From contig MEDY01000125.1 in the NCBI GenBank assembly GCA_001724265.1, forward strand, positions 1-64,000: a stretch of DNA of 64,000 bases, in the 5' to 3' direction. Source of the DNA: Rhizaria sp. SCN 62-66. Its lineage: Eukaryota. Position 1 is the stretch's first letter. Every line of letters starts with the position of its first letter. Below, piece by piece: positions 27,683-40,711 of this stretch. Under the pieces are notes generated by a model. It ran no database searches and was not told the DNA's origin. It worked only from the letters and a program-made list of their open reading frames with translations. Made by a program: the position numbers and the translations under genes.

Positions 27683-29339
27683 TCAAATGGGGAGCTGGTA
27701 GGCGAGCCCAACGCTGTCAAAGAGCGCGGGCAGCCAGAGCACTGACACGAGCCCCATGAGGAAGTAGTTGACGGCCTTGTCGCTCATCTCGACCATGTAG
27801 CGCCGCCACAGCGCCGTCGACGCGCCGAACTTGGCCGCGCTCGGTGCAGTCGCCGTTTCTGACGCGGCCGCGGTCTTGGCCTTGGCGGAGGCCTTCGCAC
27901 TTGTTTTGATCTTGTGGGAGCCCTTGGCGGCCTTGTGCGCCCGCGCCGCCACCGCGTCTAGCTCGCACGCCGCCGCCGCAGCGCTCGCACTTGACTGCGA
28001 CTCCGACTCCGACTCCGACTGCGTGTCTGCGGCTGCAGCGTCGGCGGGCGAGCTGGGCGTGACGGGCTGCGACGACGAGGGCGAGGGCGGGACGTAATCG
28101 GCGGCGTCCTCGGGGCGGCCGAACACGGCCCCGGCGAGCGCGCGCACGGGCGCCTTGAGCGAGAGGCGCATGGCGTAGATGAGCACGACGTTGGCGGCCA
28201 GGCGGCCCACGGCCAGCGCCAACTGCCAGCCGCGCGGCAGCGCCACTTGCCGGTAATGAGCCACCACACTCGCCACTCCGGCGCCCGCAGCGCCCGCGGT
28301 GGCGGCGGTGGCGGTGTGGAGGACTGGCACGGAGGGCTCTGGGGTGAGCGCGAATCCGGCCAGGATGCCGGCCGCGGTGAAGAGCACGATGACCGTGTCG
28401 CCGGGGCTGTTGGTCCAGCGCGCGCGCGGCAGCGGGTACGCGGCGGCCGCGGCGATGGCCAGCGCGACGACCGCGGCCGCGCCCAGGGGGCCCGACAGCG
28501 CGGCGGCCAGCGTGGCGCGGAAAGGCACGATGAGGAGCACGGGAAACACACCCAGCACGAAGCCGCCGACGACGTCGAGCGAGCTGTGCACGCCCAGGTA
28601 GAAGCGAGACAACGGCGTGGCAACCGCCCAGAAGAGCAGGAAGGCGATGAGCGCGGCGAAGACGGCGGCGTCGTGCACCGAGTAGAGCGTGAGCAGCAGG
28701 AACAGGAACGTCGTGGGCTGCGACGCCGCGCCCATGGTGTGCGTCGACGGGAAGCCGTACTCGGCCGCGTAGTGCGTCTCGAGGCGCGCCACGCGCGAGC
28801 CGCGCTGCAGCCCGGGCCGCGGGAGGTACAGCGAGTCCTTGAGGAACTGTCCCAGGTACATGACCACAGCCCAGAGGACGACGACGGAGAATGCCACGGA
28901 GCGGTCCACGCACGTCGCGTTGATCGTCGCCCAGGTCGCGTACCAGGCCTCGTTGCCCAACTCGGACGCCAGTGACAGCGCCGCGTCCACGAACGGATAC
29001 GGCGACCGCTGAGGGGATGTAAAAACAGAAATGTAGGGGCGTTCAGAAGAGTGGGGCATGAGTATAAGACGGATGAGAAACTGACAGTGAGCGATGCAGA
29101 TTGCATCGAGTGAGAATAAACGTGCTTGCTGACGTGCAGCAATCGCGTACCTTTGCGCCGAGGCCGGTCTTGGGGTCTGGCGCGGTGACACCGAGCGCAC
29201 GCTGGACGCCAACGACGTGGTGCTCGTTATCGAGCACGAGCGGCAGCAGCACGCCGTGTAGCCGCCGCCACACGGTGCCCTTCGCGGGCACCTCCTGCGG
29301 CGCCTGCTGAGGCGAGGCAGACAACTGGGAGACGCTCAT
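27683..29339 (-). CDS. PAP2-family lipid phosphate phosphatase, sphingosine-1-phosphate phosphatase (SGPP/Lcb3)-like, 2 exons, about 504 aa
   Basis: Exons 29339-29151 and 29008-27683; intron GTACGC...CAG. Motifs KDSLYLPRP, EYGFPSTH, SRFYLGVHSSLD and multiple hydrophobic helices. Stop TGA. Confidence 0.88.
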
Positions 29340-30303
29340 GGCGCGTAAAAAAGAGTGTGGTAACCGGAAAAGGTCAGTTTGTTGTGCGCACGGGTGGTTA
29401 CGAGCGCGGAACGAGGCTGGGCGCGGGGCGGCCGGAGCAGCGCTGCCTCTTGGAGTGGAAGCCGTGAGGGGGATTAGCAAGGAATATATCGGGTTAATGA
29501 GAAGCGTAAAACGTCAAGTTAAAATATACTATGTCGGCGCATCTTTCATCTACCATAACCAAATATAACTTTAATATGTCCATGTTTGAATCCGTCAGCT
29601 CGGTAAAATATGGTTCTGAAGATTGGGCTCAACGGACATTAGAGCGTCTTGAAATGGTTCGTAGAAGGTCATCATGACCGTCAAAGCAAATAAATCAAAC
29701 GCAGCCAAAATTACGCGTCCATATAACATCTAATTTGTGTTTTAATATCGTCAAATCAGAACGGTGTGAAACAGGAAAGATTCTTTTGTGACCTTCGGCA
29801 GGCTCTGACGGAGGGCTGCTGTCACCAGACGGCAAAAGTTAGGCCGCTAGAGGGAACCTGGGACAGACCAAAAGCGAGGTCTAGAACGCGGGTTATAGTC
29901 CGTGTGGAGCTCCATAGAGGGGCGTTTCCTGATTTCCTAGTGCGCATGTATTCTAATAATTTGATTATGCCCCGTTCGCGCACATGCCAGGGCGTCAAGC
30001 TGGCTTGCCCAGTCGGCCCCAATGTCCCCTTTGAGGTTTCCTTTCCTGTCGCGTTACACTCGTCGTCTGTCAGCCCACATGTCATCCTGAACTGCACTCA
30101 CATCTTTCCTTCGTTGCTCCACTTGTTTCGCATAGACTTTTTATCCTTTTCAATCGCACACACCGCACCCCGGCCCCGTCCAGTTCCCCCGCGCCAATCT
30201 TGCAGCGCTCCCCACGGGCACCACACAGCACACCAGTACACTCACCAACTGACACAGCAGTCGCACACACTCGCGCCTCGCAGCCGCAGACGCAGAACGC
30301 AGA

Positions 30304-33012
30304 ATGGGCAACGGATGCTCTAAGCAGGACTCGCAGAAGCGCAACATGGGCATCGTGACGACGCAGTACGACGTCGAGGCGCGCCGCGGGCCCGCGCAGG
30401 AGGAGGAGCAGGAGCAGGAGGAGGAGGACTACGAGGAGGATGACGAAGAGGCACTCAAGTCCTCCAAGGAGCGCCTCCGCGAATGGTTTAAGAACTTCAT
30501 GGAGGAGAACGAGGCGGACCGGCGCTCGGTGCAGACGTGGTCGCGCCTCTGCATCTGGCGCTACTTCTGGGACTACCTGTTCGAGGTCACCTACAGCGAC
30601 GACCTGCTTGACGTCGAGAAGTGGGGACGCCAGATCCCCTCGATCTTCCAGCGACACATGAACATCAAGCGCGTGGCGGAACACACGCTGAAGAAGATGG
30701 AGAAGAAGCACCGCGACCGCGTGTTCTCGCAGCTGTGCGCCTTCAGCGACCTGCAGGGCCCCGACATCTACTGGGACGAAGACCTCCGCGCGACGGGTGT
30801 CGACGGTCTCAACATCGACGAGTCGGACTCGCTCGACGACATGAAGTCGCTCACGACGTACTTTGGCACGCTGAGCATCGACCTGTTCCTGGAGCCGACG
30901 CTGCCGATCCGCGGCAAGTGGGTCTCGGCCAACTACACGGGCGATATCACCGGCAACGGCGCGAGCGACGATAACCAGGAGTCTTCCGACTTCGTGGTGC
31001 TGACGTTGACCAAGGACGGCTGGGACGACCTGAAGCTCATCACGGCCGTCAACAACCATCCGCGCGTGAAGAAGTTGCGCGCGGCGCGGCAGAAGGTGCG
31101 CATGCTGCACGGGCGCACCGTGTCAGTGCTCATGAAGAACTGTCTGCGCTGCGCGACGCCCATGATGGAGGGCGTGTCGCAGTGCTTCGTTGAGGGCATG
31201 CTCGAGTTCAACGAGCACTCGCTGAAGAAGCTGCCCGACCAGATCCTCGACTACGACGCCACCTTTAAGTTCCGCCTCCGCAACATCAACACGACGAAGA
31301 TCGACCGCTGCGGCAAGGGCTGCCAAGGTAACATTCCCACGGCGCTGGCCGAGCTGGACCCCGACCAGTTCTTCATCGGCTCGCTGCTGGCCAAGAACCC
31401 CATCCCGCCCGCTGTGGCGGCCAACTGGGAGGCCGCGCTGCGCCGCCGCCGCACTTGCGGCCTGTCGATGCATTTCTACGCCAACGTCTACGCCAACAAA
31501 GACATGCCGAAGCAGCCGCACGAAGTGTGCAAGGTGGCGTTCGAGAAGTGCGAAGGCTCGCGCTCGGAGCTGTACCAGGACCTGTTCGAGAACACGCAGC
31601 CCAAGATCTCCAAGGCCGTGATGGAGCTTTACCGCCGCATGGACTCGGTGTCGCTGCACCCGGACCGCGCGTACTGGTTCAAGTTCTGGGTTACGGTGTG
31701 CAAGACGCTCTTCCCCAACTCGAACAACGTGCCTGACACGATGTGGGACTTCGACTTCATCAACAACCACAAGGCCATCTGCTACCGCATGCTCGAGCGT
31801 GACGAGCTCGAAGACGTCATCAAGCGCTCCAAGGTCTTTGACAACGCTGACCTGTACCTGAGCAAGAACCACTCGGTGGACCGCGTGCTCGACATGCTCT
31901 ACCGCAACATGGCCTCGATGCGCCTCCGCGCCAACGCCGACGGGACCTACTTGATGGCCGAGAGCTCGGCGCCTGGCGCAACCAACGCCGACGGGACGGC
32001 GGCCGACGGCGGCGCCGCGGGCGGCGACAAGGCCGACGGGGACAAGGCCGACGGCGCGGGTGCGGGCGGCATGCCCGCGGGGCTGTCGCCGCAGATGCAG
32101 ATGATGTGGCCGATGATGATGGCCATGATGGCTATGAGCGGCAACGCTAACAGCGGCAACCCTGCGCAGATGGCCGAGATGATGAAGACCATGAGCGCGA
32201 CCGCCACGCCCGGCGCCGCCGGGGCCCCCGCGGACGGCGGCATGGCGGCCATGATGGCCATGATGCAGCAGATGATGGGCGGCGCGGCCGGCAACGGTGG
32301 CCTCAACAACGCCGCCAACGGCGCCGGTGCCGGCGCGGGCGGTGTGGGCGCGCAGCAGTTCCTCGCGGAGCGGCAGTCGCTGCTGACGCCGGCGCCGGCG
32401 ACGCGCGACGAGTTCGACCGCGCGGCGGCCGAGTCGCAGGAGTGCATGGTGCGGCTGCTGGGCATCCAGAAGTCCGTCGCCGAGGGCTCGTTGGGCCCCG
32501 ATCGCGCGCGCCTGCTCATGGCCGAGCTGGCCTTCGAGTTCCCCGTGCTGATGCAGGCCGTGGGCGGCGCGCAGGGACTCGCCATCGTTGGCGGCAGCGC
32601 GATGCAGCAGCAGCAGCAGCAGCTGCAGCACCAGCAGCAGATGCAGGCCATGATGAACCAGGCGCAGGCGCTCGCCGCGCAGGCCGCCGCCGCCGCCGCC
32701 GCCGCCCAGGCCGCCGGGTCTCCGCAGCAGGGCTCCCGGCGCGCCGACACGGGGAACGGCAACGGCGGCGGCGGCTTCCTGGGCGGGATCCTCGGCGGCC
32801 GCGGCGACGAGACCAAGAGCGACACCGAGGGCGTGCCCAAGTCGGCGCCGGACTCGGACGACGAGGATGACGACAACGGCAAGCAGGACCCGAACAAGAT
32901 GAAGATGCGCAAGGGCGGCGGCGCGTACCAGCGCACCTGCGGCACCATCACCGACAACGGCGTCGAGGACGAGGAGCAGCCCCAGGACCCCGACGGCTGC
33001 GTCGTCATGTAA
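30304..33012 (+). CDS. Hypothetical protein, 902 aa, with an N-terminal MGxxCS acylation motif and a C-terminal CaaX box (CVVM)
   Basis: Long ORF with strong GC3 bias; globular-looking region of about 540 aa followed by a Met/Ala/Gly/Gln-rich tail. Stop TAA. Confidence 0.85.
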   Translation: MGNGCSKQDSQKRNMGIVTTQYDVEARRGPAQEEEQEQEEEDYEEDDEEALKSSKERLREWFKNFMEENEADRRSVQTWSRLCIWRYFWDYLFEVTYSDDLLDVEKWGRQIPSIFQRHMNIKRVAEHTLKKMEKKHRDRVFSQLCAFSDLQGPDIYWDEDLRATGVDGLNIDESDSLDDMKSLTTYFGTLSIDLFLEPTLPIRGKWVSANYTGDITGNGASDDNQESSDFVVLTLTKDGWDDLKLITAVNNHPRVKKLRAARQKVRMLHGRTVSVLMKNCLRCATPMMEGVSQCFVEGMLEFNEHSLKKLPDQILDYDATFKFRLRNINTTKIDRCGKGCQGNIPTALAELDPDQFFIGSLLAKNPIPPAVAANWEAALRRRRTCGLSMHFYANVYANKDMPKQPHEVCKVAFEKCEGSRSELYQDLFENTQPKISKAVMELYRRMDSVSLHPDRAYWFKFWVTVCKTLFPNSNNVPDTMWDFDFINNHKAICYRMLERDELEDVIKRSKVFDNADLYLSKNHSVDRVLDMLYRNMASMRLRANADGTYLMAESSAPGATNADGTAADGGAAGGDKADGDKADGAGAGGMPAGLSPQMQMMWPMMMAMMAMSGNANSGNPAQMAEMMKTMSATATPGAAGAPADGGMAAMMAMMQQMMGGAAGNGGLNNAANGAGAGAGGVGAQQFLAERQSLLTPAPATRDEFDRAAAESQECMVRLLGIQKSVAEGSLGPDRARLLMAELAFEFPVLMQAVGGAQGLAIVGGSAMQQQQQQLQHQQQMQAMMNQAQALAAQAAAAAAAAQAAGSPQQGSRRADTGNGNGGGGFLGGILGGRGDETKSDTEGVPKSAPDSDDEDDDNGKQDPNKMKMRKGGGAYQRTCGTITDNGVEDEEQPQDPDGCVVM

Positions 33013-33483
33013 GCGGACGCAAGCCTTCAAGCTGACGCAAGCCTTTGCTGTAGTCACAGTTCACACACAGAAGCTCCAAGTGGTTCTTCTGAGTTTGACT
33101 TGAGTTGAGAGTTGTATGTTGGTGGGTTTGTTTTTTTAGACTGATTGTATTCAGACTGATTGTGTTCTTTTATTCGACGTACGTTCGTACGAAAGTACTC
33201 GTTAGGATATTATTTTTTCACGCATTTCTTTATTTTTAGGAAGTACCCGGCAACGCGCAATTAAGTTGTTATTGTAATACTTCACAAACTCAAAAATACA
33301 TTTGTAACACTTCAACAATGCAACACTACTAAGAAACGATAAAAATATTTTAATGTATTCATGTGAGAAGTAGAACCAACTTGATTCGTTGTGTTGAACA
33401 CGCAGTGAGTGGCTGTTGCTGGCCTCCTCTTGCGGCCTCCATCCGTGCATTGCTCTCGCATGACATACTCTACTGTCACGCGC

Positions 33484-34120
33484 TCACTTGACGAGCTTGC
33501 CCGTGGTGCGCAGCTCCTCGTACTTGGCGGCGACGTGGTCGGGCATAGCCTCGACGTGCGGCCTGAGCGCGGCCGACGCGTAGCGCAGCTTGGACCGGCC
33601 GTCACGGTACAGCGCAGCGGGCGCGCCGGTCACGTCGCACGCGCGCGACGGGCAGCGCGTGGACTCGCCCGCCTGGATCGAGAGGTAAGACGAGGCCGTG
33701 TGCGGCAGCTGTTGCTGCTCGAGCTGCGCCAGCTGTTTCGTGCCCTTCCAGCCGCCGCCGCGACCAGTGCCTGGAGCGCGATAGAAACAACGCAAAACGA
33801 TGATGTGAGAGGAGATACAAATATAATACAACGTATTGCATAATATAATAGGATACTTTGTTGGGTCGAAGCTATCTTTTTGATGTTGTAGGAGTCGTAC
33901 CAGTCTTGGGGAGGTTGGAGCGGGTCGATTCGCGCCAGTCCTCGTTCTTAAACGTCGTGGGGGCCGCCTTCTCGGGGTTCTGCAGCACGCGCAGCGAGTC
34001 CGCGTGGGCCTCAGCGGACGCGCTCCAGTGCGCCACGCCGGCGTCAGGCACCAGACGCGCGACGTCGATGACGAACTCGGTGGCCGTGAAGTGGACGCCG
34101 TTGTCCATCTCGTCAGCCAT
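33484..34120 (-). CDS. IES6: INO80 complex subunit C / Ies6-like (YL1_C domain), 2 exons, about 168 aa
   Basis: Exons 34120-33901 and 33770-33484; intron GTACGA...CAG. FKN...WKGTKQL...SYLSIQA...CDVTGAPAALYRDGRSKLRY resembles INO80C/Ies6. Stop TGA. Confidence 0.75.
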
Positions 34121-34595
34121 CGCGCTCTGCTTGCACGCAATAAAATACCTCTGTGTGGGGTCTTTAATAGGCAATTTTAAGATATTTGAAATAGATTTGT
34201 AAGAATGGGTGCATTTTAAAGCTCAATCAATTGGAATCAGTTACATTGACGATCAAACTAGTGCATACAGCGATGAATCGAAAAGCCATCAAGAGTGGCC
34301 GATCCCGCCGCGCTCATCATTGGCAACGGGTTCGAATGGCAACGATACGTTTCAATCGGTATTGGTGCATGTTCTCCGACAGAGCTAATGCGGCTCAGTG
34401 ACTGATATGAACCAGTAGTCATTTTCATAACTCCTTAATTAAATCCCTTAAGATCTCCTCCACATTACACAAATCCTTCTTTTGTCCAACACAGGCAACG
34501 AGTCTCTCCCTCCCCCATCCTCCCTTGCTCCAGCGCTCTCCCTCGGCTCTCTTCCGTCTCTTCTGCGCGTCTCCCCGCGAGCGCCCTCGCCCCCC

Positions 34596-37500
34596 ATGCT
34601 GCTGCAGCGCGTGCTCTCCGCCCGCCGGCGCCCGCCCTCGGCCGACTCGGCCCTGGCGGCCCCCGCGGCGGCCGTGAACCACCAGACGGTGTGGGTGCAG
34701 GGCCGGATCACCGTCGAGCGCCTCGTACGTCGCACAAAGAAGTGCTCTCGCAATCACTCTAACGTTTCTGAATACCCGCATGATTTTTCTGGGCGCTTAC
34801 TTTGTTGCCATCCCTTCCCTACTTCATGAACTTCGCTAACCCTCCTTCTCTTGATCTCGCCCGCTCTTGATAACGGTCACAACTGCCACTGCCAACCCCA
34901 ATCTCTCGACACCGACGCGAACGCCCCCGCTCAGCGCCAGCTCTGCATGCAGACGGACCTGACGCGCGTGACGACCTTTGAAGTCCGCGTTTCGGCCGAG
35001 GAGCACAATCTCAGCGAGCTCCTTGCCCTCCTGCCGCGCCTCCAGACTCTCACGCTCGACGGGTCCAGTGTGGCTTCCTTCCGTGACCTGGGCATCGCGT
35101 CCGCGACGCTCACGCACCTCAGCCTTGCGCGCGTGGGGCTGCTCGACTTGGACGGGCTTGCGGATGCGCTGCCCAACCTCACGGACCTCAACCTGGCTGG
35201 GAACCCACTGTCGGACATCGCGCCGCTGGCCTACCACGGCACGCTCAGGAACATCAACCTGCAGGGGTACGTTTACTAAACAAGAGCTCGAAGAGCTGAT
35301 ATTATCTTCGATTTCAATATAACGCCCCTATTGTGATTTACTGCTTTATTTGAGTCATTAATTCTGTAAATTACTCCGAACTATGCTCATCTTGATGTAT
35401 ATAATCCATATCTTGGGTCATTATTATCCCAGGACCCGCGTGGCGGACTCGGACTCGCTCGACTGGCTGGCGTCGCTGCCGAGCCTGTCGCGCCTTACGC
35501 TTGCGCTGACCCCGCTGTGGACGCGGCTCTTCTACTCCCGCGTGCTGCTGGCCCGCATCACCTCGCTGACGACGCTCGACGGCCGCGCCGTGACGGCCGC
35601 CGACGCCGCAGGGTGGGGCCGGTCGCCCGCCGCCGCGCTGCCTCTGCTGCCCGCTCTCCGGGCCGCCATCGCGGACCGCGCGTGCGACCTGGTCGACGCC
35701 GGCGACGCCGAGGCTGCGCAGCTCCTCACGCTCGACGCGGTCTACTACAGCAACGATAACGGCAACGGCAGCGGCTCTCGCAAGGACCCTATGGACGTGG
35801 CGCTCAAGCTCCGCAAGGAGGCGCGCCGCAGCCGCCTCAGCAGCAACGATGACGGCGACGCTGGCGACAGCGGCGGTGTCGACGATGATGACGACGAGGA
35901 GCAGCCGTCCGGGCTGCCGGGTTGGGCGGAGCGGCTAGTGCTGCCCACCGCCGCCGCCTGGGCCGGCATCGCGCGCGAAATGTACCGCGGCGGCGGCGGT
36001 GGCGGCAGCGGCGACAACGGTGATGCTGCGCAGCAGGGGCCGGTGGAAGACGGCGTGGGCGCTGCCGCTGCCGACGCCGAGGCTGAGGCGGAGGCCGAGG
36101 CGGAGGCCGTTGCATCTCGGTCTGTGCCGCAGCAGCTACAGAAGCCTGAGCCTGCGTCTGCGCATGTGCCAGCGCCTGTGCACGCAACTGTATCCGAGCC
36201 TGAGCCGGAGACCAAGATCGAAACGAACCCCGAGCCCGTCGTCAAGCCCGAGCTCGTGGCTAAGCCGGAGCCTCAGCCTGAGCCTAAGCCTGTGTCTGCG
36301 CCTGCGCCTGAGCCTGAGCATGAGGCGTGGCACCCGCTGTCCAACCCTCCCGTGCCCGCCTCCCCAGTGCAACCCCTACATTCACAGTCAGTGCACCAGT
36401 CTCAGCCGCTGTACCAGTCGCAGTCAGTGCACCAGTCGCCGCCGTTGCAGCAGCCGCCGCAGCAGCAGCCGCAGCGCACGCCGTCGCAGCGGCAGCCCTC
36501 GGTCTCCGCGCTGCTGGCCGCCGCCTCCTCCGCCACGGACTGTACGAACAATATGGTCACTGCAGCTGGTCCTGCTGCTGCCAAGGCTGGCGAGGACGAG
36601 GACTACGACGACGGCACGGACGGCTTCGTAATCCCCTCCGCCCGCGCCGCCGCCGCCGCCGCCGCCGCCTCTGCGCTGCCCTTCAGCAGCGGCAGCCTCG
36701 GCCTGACCGCGAGCGCGGATAGCACCGCCGGCTCCGGCGGCAGTCTGCTGTCGGCGTCGTTCACGGCCTCGGTGGTGGCGTCGTCGCTTTCGGCCGGGCC
36801 GTCTCTCGCCGACGCCTCGGCCGCGCAGCGCAAGGCCTTCGAGGAGTTCCAACGCAAGAAGATGGAGGCCATGCTCGGCAAGTCCTCATCCGCGGTCGCC
36901 TCCGGTCCCAGCGGCAGCGCTGGGCTCAGTGCCAGCGGCTCCATCGGCGGCGGCGGCGGCAGTGCGGGACTGTCTCGCATCGCCACTGGCGCTGCCGCGG
37001 CCGCCGCTGCCGCCGCCGTGGCCGCGGGGCCCGCCGCCGCCGCCGCACTCATCTCCAGCTCCGGCGGCCCCGGCCTCAGCCACAGTCAGCAGATTCACAG
37101 CAGCTACAGCCAACAGCAACAGCCTGCGCCGGCGCCGGCGCCGCTGGCCGCGTCTGGCGCGATGGGCGCGCAGGCCGCGTTCATCGTCAACAGCGCAGCC
37201 GCGCGCCGCGCGCTGTCGGCCGGCACCGCCTCCGCGGTCTCCGTCACCGGCTCCGGCGCGCACGGCGCCGGCGTACAACCGAGCTCGAGTGGTTCTGGCT
37301 CTGGCGCTGGCGCGAGCTCTGCGGGGGCGCCGCGGCTGTCGAGCGCGGTGGCCGTGCGCCGCGCCGCCGTGGCCAGTCTGTCTTCCTCCGCCAACGCCAA
37401 CGCTAATAGCGGCTTCGGCCATAGTACGGGGCCGGGGGGCCCGCTGGCGAGTCTGTCGGGCACGGGCCGCCTCAGCAGCTCCAGCGTCAGCCTCGGCCCC

Positions 37501-37974
37501 TCCGCTTCCGCCTCGGCCGCAGCCGCGGGTGCGGGCGCTGGCGCTGGCGCGGGCGCGACTTCTGCCGGCTCGAGCGTCAGTGCGAGCGCGGGCGGTAGCG
37601 GGCCGACGACGCTGATTGCGACCGGGGGCCTGGGCTCCTCGGGGCGGATCAAACTCAAGCCGCGTCCTCCGCCGCCCGGGGGAGGCTCTTCTGGCGCCTC
37701 TAGCGGCCTGGGAGCGAGCCTGGGGTCGCCGCTCTCAGCCCCGGCCCCGGCCCCAGCCCAGTTGGAGCCGCTGCCGCCGATGTCCCCCCACTCCTCGCAC
37801 CGCCCCAGCCAAGGCCACAGCGGCGACGGCGACGACGGCAGCGGGGCGGCGCCGCAGTCGCCGCCCGGGCCCGGCGCGGGCGCGGCGGGGCACGCGCACG
37901 CGGTGCTGACGTCGGGCAGCGGCCGCCGCTTCGTCGCGGTCAAGAAATCAGCCACCCCCACCGCGGGCAAGTGA
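34596..37974 (+). CDS. LRRC56: Leucine-rich repeat protein, LRRC56/ODA8-like (dynein assembly factor) with a long low-complexity tail, 3 exons, about 1000 aa
   Basis: Exons 34596-34724, 34935-35266 and 35433-37974; both introns GTACGT...CAG. LPRLQTLTLDGSSVASFRDLG...LSLARVGLLDLDG...LNLAGNPLSDIAPL resembles the LRRC56 repeats. Stop TGA. Confidence 0.75.
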
Positions 37975-38374
37975 CGTGAGCTGGCGATATGCGGCACACT
38001 CCTTGTTTAATATTATGCGACGTTACAGTGAATATGTGCGTGTGTTTGCGGAAATATCGGTGGATGTATTAACTTGTCTATGTAGCGAAATCTCATCAAA
38101 CTTGCGCGACGATCGCAACCACGACTGCAGTCAGCGTGAGCATGCGCGTAAACGTGCAACGAGTCGGGGCCGAGAGCAGGGCCTTGACTCGACTGACTAA
38201 GTACTGCTCTGTTTCCAATCTATCTAACTAACGACCAAACGAGTGAAGAAAGCACAGCTTCACTCGACGATAATACAGTCTCGCTTACTTATACGACTCT
38301 GTCTTAACTCTTGCTCATCTAACCAAACCGACGCTGGTTTGTTCTCTGACAGACAGTGCACGTCGACTGCCGCA

Positions 38375-38902
38375 TCACGTCCTGATGCCAAAGGAGAAGT
38401 TGGTGGCAATCTCGTCGCCGCGCTTGACGTGGTCCGCGGCGGTCGCGGCCTCGGCGCCGGCCTGCGCGGCGGCGTCTGCCGCGGCCAGCGCGCCGGGCTG
38501 CGCCGCCACGGCGGCGGGGTCGAAGCCCTGCTGCAGCGCCGACACGCGCGCGCCGACACGCTGGCGCATCGCGGGCGCAGACAGCGAAGAGCCGTCCCAC
38601 TGCGCCAGCGCCGCGCCCGTGTCGGCCCCCGCCGCGGCGAGGATACTGGTCAGCGAGTCGGCGAGGGACAGGGCCAGCCGCTCCTGAGTCTGCGCCGCGC
38701 GGACCGCGTTGCGCGAGGCCACCTCGCCCGGCGCCGCGCTGCGCAACTGCTCCAGGTCGCTCGCGTAGATGGCCGCAAAGCGCGCAATCGGTGCGGTCGC
38801 ATCGTCGGCGGAGGCGGGCGCCAGGGACGTCGCCAGGTCCTGCCGGCTCGCCTCGATCAGGGCCGCGATGTCGGCATGCGGAGTTGCGTCGTCGAAGTCC
38901 AT
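38375..38902 (-). CDS. Hypothetical Ala-rich helical protein, about 175 aa
   Basis: GC-rich ORF from ATG 38902 to TGA 38375, bounded by AT-rich DNA. Probable 5'UTR intron 39111-38911 (GTACGT...CAG). Confidence 0.7.
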   Translation of the reverse strand: MDFDDATPHADIAALIEASRQDLATSLAPASADDATAPIARFAAIYASDLEQLRSAAPGEVASRNAVRAAQTQERLALSLADSLTSILAAAGADTGAALAQWDGSSLSAPAMRQRVGARVSALQQGFDPAAVAAQPGALAAADAAAQAGAEAATAADHVKRGDEIATNFSFGIRT

Positions 38903-39625
38903 AACAACACCTGGATAGGACAGGAAATAATACAATAAGAACTTGTTTGTGAGTAAATAAACAGGCACACTATAACAACTGCGTTGACGGAGTCTACATT
39001 GTTAGGCACATGTTGCTCAGGGTCAGCTTGACACCTTGTGGTGGCGCTGCAAGGGGACTGGATCAAGCTCGCCTGTCGATTGGCGGATCGACGGGAAGCA
39101 GAAAGACGTACAGTGCAGGGTTCGAAAGTCTAGCCGCGCGAGAAAGGGTGCAGATGTCGCTGGATGCACTGTAAACAGTGAATTTGAATCATTTTTTCAT
39201 ATTTAGTGCGTTTTTTTAGACTGACACTGTTTTAGCGGGTTAAACGACGGAGTCTAGCGCGCTCTGGAGAAGGTCGACGTCACTCACTCCTTCCCAGCGT
39301 CAGCACCACCACACGTTCAATCAAGGCCAATGCAGCCGACATCTCCCCTATGCTGCGCGTATCTTTCTAACTGTATTGTTTACCCGCGTTCGGTTTATGT
39401 TAGCAAAGTGCTTAAATCTTCTCACACCGCTTTTCCACCGCTCTCCGGCCTCTTCTCTCTCTGTGTCCACAGTTTCCCCACCACCACCTTCCCGAACCCC
39501 CTGTGTGGCATCTCCTCCGCAAGCAAGCAGGTTTCGCCTCGCCCCGCTCCCTCTCCCCGCCCCACCCCGTCCAGCGTTTTCGCGTCCTCCGCCCCCGAGC
39601 CTTGGCCGCGCCCAGTCCCGCACAC

Positions 39626-40401
39626 ATGTCCTCGATGAACCTGGCGACGAACCCGACGAACGAGCTTCTCTTCGTCGGCTTCAACCAAGACAACGGCTGC
39701 TTCGCCTGCGGCACCGACTCGGGCTTCGTCATCTACAACTGCGACCCGTTTAAGGAGACGTTCCGCCGCACCTTCTCCAACGGCGGCATCGGCTGCGTCG
39801 AGATGCTCTTCCGCTGCAACATCCTCGCCCTCGTGGGAGGCGGGCGCAACCCGCGGTACCCGCCGAACCGCGTGATGATCTGGGACGACCACCAGTCGCG
39901 CACCATCGGCGAGCTGTGCTACCGCTCCGACGTCAAGGCCGTACGCCTGCGCCGCGACAAGATTGTCGTTGTGCTGGGCTACAAGATCTACGTGTACAAC
40001 TTCGCTGACCTCAAGATCGTCGACAGCGTCGACACGGCCAACAACGACAAAGGCCTCTGCGCGCTCTCGCCGGACCCCGCCAGCACGGTGCTCGCCTGCC
40101 CCGGCACGCAGGTTGGCCACGTGCGCCTCGAGCTCTACGACCAGAAGAAGACGACTCTTGTGCCCGCGCACGAGACGGCGCTGGCGTGCCTCGCGCTATC
40201 CTACGACGGCACGCGTCTCGCCACGGCCTCGGAGAAGGGCACGCTGATCCGCGTCTTCGACACCTACTCGGGCCGCCTGCTGCAGGAGCTGCGGCGCGGC
40301 GCGGACCGCGCGGAGATCTACTCGATCGCCTTCTCACGCTCCAACGAGTGGCTGGCCGTGTCGTCTGACAAGGGCACTGTGCACGTCTTCAAGCTCGACG
40401 C

Positions 40402-40437
<36 letters not shown>

Positions 40438-40711
40438 GGTCGACGGCGACGGCAAGAAGAGCAACCCGACCAGCTCGCTGTCGTTCTTGTCTTCGCTGCT
40501 GCCCAAGTACTTTTCCTCTCAGTGGTCCTTCTCCCAGTTCCGCGTGCCCGAGGTGCGCTCCATCGTCGCCTTCGGGGCCGAGCCCAACTCAATCGTCGTC
40601 GTGTGCGCCAACGGCGCCTTCTACAAGGCCGTGTTTGACCAGGAGAAGCCAGGCGCCGAGTGCGTGCAGGACTCCTTCGTCGAGTTCGTCCGCGGCCCCG
40701 AGGACGAGTAA
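39626..40711 (+). CDS. ATG18: Autophagy PROPPIN Atg18/WIPI3-4-like WD40 protein, about 361 aa
   Basis: FNQDNGCFACGT, VEMLFRCNILALVGGG, ATASEKGTLIRVF, phosphoinositide-binding LRRG, SDKGTVHVF. Stop TAA. Confidence 0.95.

Noticed and set aside
34321-34345. GGTTCGAA B-box/T-loop-like motif (also near 39118)
   Set aside because: No cloverleaf could be folded around either site; no tRNA, including a CUA-anticodon tRNA, was recognised in the window.
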